This document shows, piece by piece, positions 57,277-64,000 of a stretch of 64,000 bases of DNA. Made by a program: the position numbers and the translations under genes. Positions within the stretch are counted from its first letter, which is position 1. Each line of letters opens with the position of its first letter. The stretch is from NCBI GenBank assembly GCA_963838925.1, contig CAWISW010000001.1, positions 160,001-224,000 on the forward strand, written 5' to 3'. The notes beneath the pieces are model-generated. The model saw nothing but the letters and a program-made list of their open reading frames with translations. It had not been told where the DNA came from and made no database searches. Source of the stretch: an uncultured Nitrososphaerota archaeon. GTDB lineage: Archaea > Thermoproteota > Nitrososphaeria > Nitrososphaerales > Gagatemarchaeaceae.

Positions 57277-58902
57277 TTGTCTTCGCAGGATGCCAAGGTG
57301 ATAGGGAGGGGAACGTGGCTCGACAGGGTCGCGAGCCAGCTCCTCGAGAGGGAAAGGTCGCTCGGCAGGAGCACATCCCTCCTGAGGGTCGAGAGCGGTC
57401 TTGGCGCCTCGGGCATCCCGCACATCGGGAGCGTGGGCGACGCGATAAGGAGCTACGGCATCAAGCTCGCGCTCGAGTCGCTGGGATACAAATCGGAGCT
57501 CATAGCATACTCAGACGACCTAGACGGCCTCAGGAAGGTCCCGGCGGGCTTCCCCGACTCACTGAAGGAGTACATCGCGCAGCCGGTCACTCGAATCCCT
57601 GACCCCTTCGGCTGCCACGATTCCTATGGCGCCCACATGGGGAGCCTCCTGAAAGAAGCGCTGGACGACCTGGACATCCCCTACACGTTCAAGAGCGGAG
57701 CCGAGGTCTACAAGAGCGGCCTCCTCAACCCTCAGATCAAGAAGATTCTCGACAGCGCGGCCTTGGTGGGCCGGATGATCAAGGAGCTGACGGGCCAGGA
57801 GAAGTACGAGACCGTCCTCCCATACACGCCCATCTGCCAGAACTGCGGGCGCCTCTACACCACCATCGTCTCCTCCTACGACCCGGTCGCGCTGACCGTC
57901 CACTACAAGTGCGACAGCGCGGAGGTCGGTCACAGCATCGTCAAGGGCTGCGGCTTCGAGGGAGACAGGAAGGTGACCGAGGGAGAGGGAAAGCTGATCT
58001 GGAAGAGCGAGTTCGCCGCGAGGTGGGCTGCGCTCGACATCAGGTTCGAGGCCTACGGCAAGGACATCGCGGAGTCGGTGAAGATAAACGACTGGATAAG
58101 CGAGAACGTCCTCGCGCACCCGCCGCCGTACCACGCGAGGTACGAGATGTTCGAGGACAAGAGCGGGAGGAAGGTGAGCAAGTCCGTGGGGAACGTCATC
58201 ACGATACACGACTGGCTGACCTACGCCTCCCCGGAGAGCGTCAGGCTCCTCATGTTCAAGCGCATCGTCGGGGCGAGGAGCATCTCGGTCGACGACGTCC
58301 CCGTCTACATGGACGAGTTCGACGAGCTCGAGGAGAACTACTTCTCGAAGAAGAAGGACCCGAACGCGATGAAGGACGCGAGGCTACGCGGGCTCTACGA
58401 GTACACTATGCTCCTCCGAATGCCGGGAAAGCCCAGCTTCCACGTCCCGTATCGCCTACTCGCGGAGCTATCGAACGCGGCCCCTGAGGGCTCGCTGGAG
58501 GAGTACGTCGCGAAGCGGCTGACGACCTACGGGATGCTGAAGGAGGCCCCGAGCGCGCAGCTCCAGACCAGGATAAGATGGGCCGCGGCATGGGCCAAGC
58601 GCGGAGGGGCTGGCTCGCTAGACGTGGCCGTCCCCGAGCTCTCGGAGAAGCAGGCCAAGGCCGTGATGGAGTTCTCCACCGCAATAAGGGAGGCGAAGAC
58701 CGCCGACGACGTCCAGGGGGCGGCCTTCAACGCCATCAGGGCGAACGGCCTGCAAGCGGGCGAGTTCTTCCCCGCGGTGTACGGCCTGCTGCTGGGTGCC
58801 GAGAAGGGGCCGAGGCTCGGCCCCTACGTGATGGACTCTGGCCCCCAGACGGTCGCGGAGAAGCTCGAAAAACTCGCCTCTTCCGCTGGAAGACATAACT
58901 AA
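57277..58902 (+). CDS. lysS: Lysine--tRNA ligase, class I
   Basis: SGIPHIG, KVSKS and GPRLG. Confidence 0.96.
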   Translation: MSSQDAKVIGRGTWLDRVASQLLERERSLGRSTSLLRVESGLGASGIPHIGSVGDAIRSYGIKLALESLGYKSELIAYSDDLDGLRKVPAGFPDSLKEYIAQPVTRIPDPFGCHDSYGAHMGSLLKEALDDLDIPYTFKSGAEVYKSGLLNPQIKKILDSAALVGRMIKELTGQEKYETVLPYTPICQNCGRLYTTIVSSYDPVALTVHYKCDSAEVGHSIVKGCGFEGDRKVTEGEGKLIWKSEFAARWAALDIRFEAYGKDIAESVKINDWISENVLAHPPPYHARYEMFEDKSGRKVSKSVGNVITIHDWLTYASPESVRLLMFKRIVGARSISVDDVPVYMDEFDELEENYFSKKKDPNAMKDARLRGLYEYTMLLRMPGKPSFHVPYRLLAELSNAAPEGSLEEYVAKRLTTYGMLKEAPSAQLQTRIRWAAAWAKRGGAGSLDVAVPELSEKQAKAVMEFSTAIREAKTADDVQGAAFNAIRANGLQAGEFFPAVYGLLLGAEKGPRLGPYVMDSGPQTVAEKLEKLASSAGRHN

Positions 58903-59013
58903 AGCCTTCTAACCGTTGAATTTCTTGCTACTCTGCGGATACCCAACCAAAGACTTGCCTCAAAGCATGTGGGCGAATTAATATGAAATTGGGCTCTCCA
59001 TCTTCGAATCCCC

Positions 59014-59895
59014 TTGCGACGGGATCGATGGACTGCACCTGGGGAAACGAGTGGCCGCGATCCAACGTGGCCGATTGACCGCCTATCGTCATTTGTGTAC
59101 TTGATTGGAGTGTTCTTGAAGGGAGACGGGTCTGTCTTCAGGTTCACGACGCGCAAGCAGCTAAAGTCCGGCAGGATTGTCGAGTATCGTAGCTATGCTC
59201 TCCAGCTGCAAGTCTCCTCACTCAGTTTTGCAAAATTCTTCAACCTAAAGTGCTCCCAAGTCTTGCAAAGGCCCTTAGTCAGCGTTCGCGGACGCGACAA
59301 GAAGGGAATGTTTTTCGTAACACATCGCAATCAGGATTTTGGCAGGTGGTGGGTCGGCCAGACTTTGGACTCTCTAAGACCCTTCATCGAAGCATTCCCG
59401 CGCGAGTATCTTCGTGGTAGGTTCGACAGCGAAGCAAACGTCAACGGCTACGCTGTCACAATGTACGGCGCGGAGGGTCATCGAGAGGTGATGGAGTTCG
59501 ACAGAGACTTGTGCGCCAAACTGGGAATGCGTGTTGGCAACCTCCATGTCTATTGCAAGAAGGGAACACGTACCTACATTGAGGGACGTTTGGTCATAAC
59601 TACCATGGACAAGCTCCGATTTGGCGTGAACGCCAAGGACTTTCTAAGAATCATCGGTGGTCTGGCAGTGAGTGAGCGAGATGAACGTCTGAGGGCCATG
59701 ATAAAGGGCCGAGCCTGGACTCCGTGGTCAAGGGAAGTAAGGGCACGGTCGGTCGACCTATTTCGACAAGGCCTAAATCCAAAGCAGATATCAGTAAAGC
59801 TGAGGTCAGACCTTGCGGTCGACGTCCCTCCGATCACAATATACTTTTGGGTGAGGCGAGGGACAAGGTCATGGTCTGATTTCAGCCAAGTCTGA
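59014..59895 (+). CDS. Free-standing LAGLIDADG endonuclease-like protein with C-terminal HTH
   Basis: YLIGVFLKGDG and YLRGRFDSEA; C-terminal ..KQIS....TIYFWV; lower GC. Confidence 0.78.
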   Translation: MRRDRWTAPGETSGRDPTWPIDRLSSFVYLIGVFLKGDGSVFRFTTRKQLKSGRIVEYRSYALQLQVSSLSFAKFFNLKCSQVLQRPLVSVRGRDKKGMFFVTHRNQDFGRWWVGQTLDSLRPFIEAFPREYLRGRFDSEANVNGYAVTMYGAEGHREVMEFDRDLCAKLGMRVGNLHVYCKKGTRTYIEGRLVITTMDKLRFGVNAKDFLRIIGGLAVSERDERLRAMIKGRAWTPWSREVRARSVDLFRQGLNPKQISVKLRSDLAVDVPPITIYFWVRRGTRSWSDFSQV

Positions 59896-59975
59896 TGATT
59901 GAAGTTGCTCGATTCTGCGTTCTCTTGAGGTCCCGCACTTTCATTTTTAATACCCAAGCAAACCTGGCCTCGCTG

Positions 59976-60070
59976 GGGCCCGTAGCCTAGTATGGATCAG
60001 GGCGTCAGCCTGCGATCAGTCCTGGCCGAGAGCTGGAGATCGAGAGTTCAAATCTCTCCTGGGCCCGCCA
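59976..60070 (+). tRNA. tRNA-Arg(GCG) with a ~15-nt intron (about 60016-60030) and encoded CCA
   Basis: Acceptor GGGCCCG; D arm GCCT..GGGC; anticodon arm TCAGC-CT-GCG; T arm GAGAG-TTCAAAT-CTCTC; relaxed BHB; TTTTTAATA promoter upstream. Confidence 0.9.
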
Positions 60071-61140
60071 ACTTTTCACGCTCGACTAGTCTGCGAAGAG
60101 CCGAATTCCTGCCTGGGCCCGCTTAAATTATTGAGCGAATCCCGAAATGCGATAGGGCGACGCCTTCCCTGGAAGAAGCAACGCAATTCATAAATCAGCG
60201 ACTGCGCCGAACGTGCCGAAGAGCATGTCAGTGGACTCCACGACCTGGGTCAAAGTGGAGTGGTAAGGTACGGGAGCAGCACGGGGCATATTCGCCTTCA
60301 TCGTGATAATGGCGATGGCTGCCTCAGTCCTTTACTTCTATACTCAGCAGCAGAACTTCGCGTTCAACAATGCGCCGACCAGCAGCACGTCTTTGTCCCA
60401 ACTGAATTGCCCGTATGGATCCTATCAACTCAATGATTCCTGTATGGCAATTGGCGGGACCACCACGGTCAGGCCGTCGCCACCTGCGACAATCGGTAAC
60501 TCGGGCGGCGGTCAGAACCCAGGTAGCGCAGGTTGCTTTGGCTGTGTTACCATCACAGACATTAGCTCAAACGTAGTCAACTCAAGAATGAACTCAGTCT
60601 GCGACATCCCGAGCTGGAATTGGGGATCGCTGGGCATGGTAATCGGACCGAATGTCCAAGGCAGCGGCAGAACCTTTAGAGTTCAATTCACCATCAGCGC
60701 TGCGTCCGGAACCGCATGCCAGAATGCAGACGACGTCTACAACGTCTATCTAGAGAATTCCAATAACATCCCCGTCTACATTCTGTCTGTGTCACCGAGC
60801 TTGCCCTATAACGTATTGACCGGAACAAGCCAGGTCTTCACGGTAACCTTCCAAGCACTCGACGGCAGCTACTACAACGGTGCACTAGTACTGACGATTC
60901 AAATTGAAGGCAACTAGTTATCAAAACCCGACCCTCGATGCGAAGACGAGAGAATGTCGTCGAGCAAGTCATTCATCCGTCAGGAATAAGGACGGGCCTT
61001 CTGTTGACCCGTCCATCGAGGGGAATCAAGTCTTCGGTCTGCCCGCATGCGGGAAGGACACGCGCTGGACTGTTCCTCTGCAAAGGGGGTCTACACAGGG
61101 TTCGCTCAAAGATATCAAGCGCATCTCTCAGGGCCCGCCA
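60071..61140. mobile_element. ~1.07-kb tRNA-integrated island remnant (no integrase)
   Basis: tRNA 3' end repeated at 61123-61140 (ATCTCTCAGGGCCCGCCA); lower GC inside. Confidence 0.7.
60303..60917 (+). CDS. Secreted Cys/Asn-rich hypothetical protein; N-terminus possibly disrupted
   Basis: Hydrophobic N-terminus; paired cysteines; beta-rich C-terminus. Confidence 0.65.
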   Translation: MIMAMAASVLYFYTQQQNFAFNNAPTSSTSLSQLNCPYGSYQLNDSCMAIGGTTTVRPSPPATIGNSGGGQNPGSAGCFGCVTITDISSNVVNSRMNSVCDIPSWNWGSLGMVIGPNVQGSGRTFRVQFTISAASGTACQNADDVYNVYLENSNNIPVYILSVSPSLPYNVLTGTSQVFTVTFQALDGSYYNGALVLTIQIEGN

Positions 61141-61217
61141 CCTCTCTCCAAGCCAAATCAAAGTCAATAAATAGCCGGAGGGGTCCCTCACGAACGTTGG
61201 AACTGGTCTGCTGCTCC

Positions 61218-61430
61218 ATGCCGTGCGACGACGATTGCGTCCAGCTGACCGACCGCGAGTCGTCGGTCTGCAAGGTGATATGCGAATCGCAGGAGCCGAT
61301 TTCGTTCAGCAAGATCAAGGAGCGCACCGACCTGCATCAGGAGGTCGTGTCCCGCGTCGTACACAGGCTAGTGGTCCACGGCCTGGTCGAGAAGACCGCC
61401 GGCGGGTACGCCGGCAACTGCAGTCAATAA
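61218..61430 (+). CDS. Small Cys-containing winged-helix regulator
   Basis: MPCDDDC...ISFSKIKERTDLHQEVVSR.V.RL...GLVEK; upstream of MIP/arsC. Confidence 0.72.
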   Translation: MPCDDDCVQLTDRESSVCKVICESQEPISFSKIKERTDLHQEVVSRVVHRLVVHGLVEKTAGGYAGNCSQ

Positions 61431-61456
61431 TTACCCCCTCCCGAGCGCTCTAGCCG

Positions 61457-62179
61457 ATGGCACTAGCTCTTTCAGGACCGAGGAGGCTCGGTCTGCCCGG
61501 TTCCGTGAAAGAGTGCCTCTCAGAGCTACTCGGCACCTACTTCCTCGTTCTCATCGGGTCCGCCTCGGTCGTGACGGTGTCCCTCTTCCCCTTTCTCACC
61601 TCAGTCGAGGCATTGGCGTTGGTCGCATTGGTCTTCGGCTCCACCGTGGCGACGATAATCGTCGTGCTAGGCAGGCACTCTGGCGCCCACATCAACCCCG
61701 CGATCAGCGTCGCGAGCGCGGTCGCTGACACTTCAAAGCGACGCTCGCTGGCTCCCTACGTCGCATTCCAGGTCGCAGGCGCTCTCTTCGCGGGGCTGAG
61801 CCTGAAGCTGTTGTTCGGCGGCCTCGCTCCCAACATGTACCTCGGCTCCACCAAGCTAGGCGCGGGCGTGTCTCCAATCGAAGGGATCGCGCTTGAGATG
61901 CTCGGGACCTTCGTGCTCGCGATCTCGGCGCTGTCGGCGTCGTCGTTCTTCACCCACCCGGTGAAGCAGGCCGCTCTTGTCGGGACGACGCTCTTCGCCC
62001 TCATATTGGTCTTCGGGCCGCTGACCGGCGCGTCCTTCAACCCTTCGAGGAGCATCGGGCCCTCGGTCTTCTCAGGCTACCTCGCCAACCAGGCGGTCTA
62101 CTGGATCGGGCCCCTGCTGGGCGCCATCTTGGCCGGCTCGCTGTTCGCACTGGTGAAGAGACCCCATGGTCGGAGATAG
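61457..62179 (+). CDS. MIP/aquaporin family channel
   Basis: SGAHINPA and GASFNPSRS. Confidence 0.95.
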   Translation: MALALSGPRRLGLPGSVKECLSELLGTYFLVLIGSASVVTVSLFPFLTSVEALALVALVFGSTVATIIVVLGRHSGAHINPAISVASAVADTSKRRSLAPYVAFQVAGALFAGLSLKLLFGGLAPNMYLGSTKLGAGVSPIEGIALEMLGTFVLAISALSASSFFTHPVKQAALVGTTLFALILVFGPLTGASFNPSRSIGPSVFSGYLANQAVYWIGPLLGAILAGSLFALVKRPHGRR

Positions 62180-62579
62180 GGCCTCCCTTCTTTTCGTCTG
62201 CGTCGAGAACGCGGGCCGCAGCCAGATGGCAGAGGCGTTCGCGAGGAAGCTCGGCGCGAAGGCATCGAGCGCCGGAACCGTCCCCTCTTCGAGGGTCAAC
62301 CCCGTCGTGGTGGAGGCGATGAAGGAGAAGGGGATCGACCTCTCGTCGAACAAGCCCAGGATGCTCACCAGCGAGATGATCGACCGGGCGAGCGTGGTCG
62401 TTACGATGGGCTGCTCGGTGGAGGACGTCTGCCCCAGGCCGATGCTGGCCAAGATGCAGAAGAAGCTCGTGGACTGGCACATCGACGACCCGAAGGGGAA
62501 GCCTGTGGCCGAGGTCAGGGAGATAAGGGACGAGATAGAGCAGAAGGTAAGGGCGCTGCTGGCTAGCGCCCCTAACTAG
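62166..62579 (+). CDS. arsC: Arsenate reductase (LMW-PTP fold)
   Basis: CVENAGRSQMAE; TMGC.....CP; DDP. Confidence 0.9.
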   Translation: MVGDRASLLFVCVENAGRSQMAEAFARKLGAKASSAGTVPSSRVNPVVVEAMKEKGIDLSSNKPRMLTSEMIDRASVVVTMGCSVEDVCPRPMLAKMQKKLVDWHIDDPKGKPVAEVREIRDEIEQKVRALLASAPN

Positions 62580-63546
62580 GCCCCTGGCCGAGCCTTCGAA
62601 GGATGAGCAACGCCCTGTACGTTATCATCTTGCTCGGGCGACCCGGCTTCTCCAGCCCGAAGGGGGTGGGCGCCTGCTTGACGTGCTTGGAGTACCACTC
62701 GGCCGTCCCTCCTTCGAGGTCGGGGTGCACCGCGTCCAGGTTCCACCTGCCGTCGGCGCGCATCTTCGACTTGAGCACGGCTATCGCTCCCGTCAGCCTC
62801 TCGTCGTCGCCGTAGCCCAGCGCGGTCATGAAGTCCAGCCCCACCAGCAGGTCGTAGTAGTAGTGCACCGGGTAGTGGAACCTGTACCAAGGCTCGTAGC
62901 GCGCCCCCTGCTGGTCCATCGACTTTCTGAGATAGAACTCGGCCCCCTTCTCTACCGCGATCTTGATCGCCTTCGTCCAGGACCGCCTTGGGAGCGCCGC
63001 GAACGCGCTCATGCCCTCCCAGGAGTCCAGGTTCCCCCCCGACCCGAAGCACGACCATCCTCCGTTGCCGGCTTGGTTCAGAACGAGCCACTCGAAGGCG
63101 CTCTTCACCTTCGGGTCGTCTGCGTAACCGAACTTCACGAGCGCCCTCGCCGTGTTCCCGGCGATGCAGAGGTGGCTGGACTTTGATCCGTCGGAGCCGA
63201 ACCCTCCGTCGGCCTTGGAGAACCTGTCCCTCCACAGCTCGCACGCCCTTCGGATTCGGGGGTCACCTTCCTTCGTAAGCCCGAGGTCAGACAGGATCAG
63301 CAGCATCCAGTTCGTCGAAAGGTACTTCGGGCGGTAGAGGTTCTCCTCGTGTACCCACCATCCGCCGGGCTTCTGCTTGGCTAGTATGTCGGCTGCCCAC
63401 CCTTCCTGGCCTATCCTCTTCTTCGCCGCCTCGACCTCGGGGTCCTTCTCAGGCCTTCCAAGGATCTGCGTCAGCGTGAGGTATCTCATGGAGGGCTCCT
63501 GCTCCTCGAGGAGCCACTCAATCGCGCCTTGCTTCGCCTTGACCAT
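62572..63546 (-). CDS. Prenyltransferase/squalene-cyclase-like (alpha/alpha barrel) repeat protein
   Basis: QW-type repeats Q.PGGWW, Q..NGGW and DGRW. Confidence 0.75.
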   Translation of the reverse strand: MVKAKQGAIEWLLEEQEPSMRYLTLTQILGRPEKDPEVEAAKKRIGQEGWAADILAKQKPGGWWVHEENLYRPKYLSTNWMLLILSDLGLTKEGDPRIRRACELWRDRFSKADGGFGSDGSKSSHLCIAGNTARALVKFGYADDPKVKSAFEWLVLNQAGNGGWSCFGSGGNLDSWEGMSAFAALPRRSWTKAIKIAVEKGAEFYLRKSMDQQGARYEPWYRFHYPVHYYYDLLVGLDFMTALGYGDDERLTGAIAVLKSKMRADGRWNLDAVHPDLEGGTAEWYSKHVKQAPTPFGLEKPGRPSKMITYRALLILRRLGQGPS

Positions 63547-63551
63547 TCAGC

Positions 63552-64000
63552 CTAGCGCCTCGTCTCGACTTGCGTCCGACCGGCGGCTTCGCTCCCACCA
63601 GAGCCCCTGCGCTCGTCTCTGAGCGAACAACTCTGGTGGAGCCTGGAGAGCGTCGAGTACGCGAACGCAACGGCGCCCGCTCCTCCTGGCACGGCCTCCA
63701 CCATCCGCGAAGCAACACGGCCCCCTGGGGAGAGCAGGCGCGTCAGGGGCAGCAGCGCCTCGGAGCCGCTCAAGACGTCCGCCGCGCTCGTCGCGCTTCG
63801 AGCCGGACGTATCAGGTGGAAGGAAGCGTAGCGCAGCGCTGGTTTGACGCTCGCCAACAGCCCCGAGCCCTCCGCAGCCTCTATCGAGACGAACCTTATC
63901 GTCCTATCCGGGTCGAGAAGGTGCACGGCTGCCTTGAAGCTAGAGCAGGGCCCGCACTTGTCGTCGAAAGCGAGGATGACCTGGGGTGCCCTTGAGGCCA
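63552..64000 (-). CDS. DUF393/DCC-family thiol-disulfide oxidoreductase; start just outside the window
   Basis: Frame is open to the window edge and reads ...AFDDKCGPC (DxxCxxC). Confidence 0.75.
   Translation of the reverse strand, partial: ASRAPQVILAFDDKCGPCSSFKAAVHLLDPDRTIRFVSIEAAEGSGLLASVKPALRYASFHLIRPARSATSAADVLSGSEALLPLTRLLSPGGRVASRMVEAVPGGAGAVAFAYSTLSRLHQSCSLRDERRGSGGSEAAGRTQVETRR

Noticed and set aside
60225-60302. Upstream in-frame ATG with an internal TAA before the island ORF as programmed readthrough
   Set aside because: Decay or an indel in a degenerate island is simpler

Overview
High-GC archaeal chromosomal window. Class I LysRS, ABCE1, Cdc48, an ATP-dependent ligase, an intron-containing tRNA and a Rieske/cytochrome b pair next to a cupredoxin suggest a Nitrososphaerota (Thaumarchaeota) lineage; this placement is inference. 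In order, the window holds: a sulfate-activation operon (RHH-sat-AlkP-cysC) with tauE; a MacB/S-layer-like ABC cassette; a glycosylation/polysaccharide-modification region dense in vapBC-type modules; a type IV pilus locus; DNA ligase; housekeeping genes; an Opp/Dpp transporter; a c1-less bc complex; lysS; tRNA-Arg(GCG) with a small att-bounded island; and an arsenic-resistance cassette. Three lower-GC nuclease islets lack a transposase: two dissimilar TnpB genes and one LAGLIDADG-HTH gene. Four signals stand out. (i) The tnpB element at 49427-50702 is flanked by a 12-bp direct repeat duplicating the cytochrome b 3' end. (ii) Both tnpB genes end at a near-identical host sequence. (iii) All three nuclease genes and the first pilin share a TGGGCG+TATA promoter motif not seen at the housekeeping promoters I inspected. 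(iv) The tRNA 3' end has an extra base, probably from an integration event. All calls come from visual motif recognition; no database searches were run.
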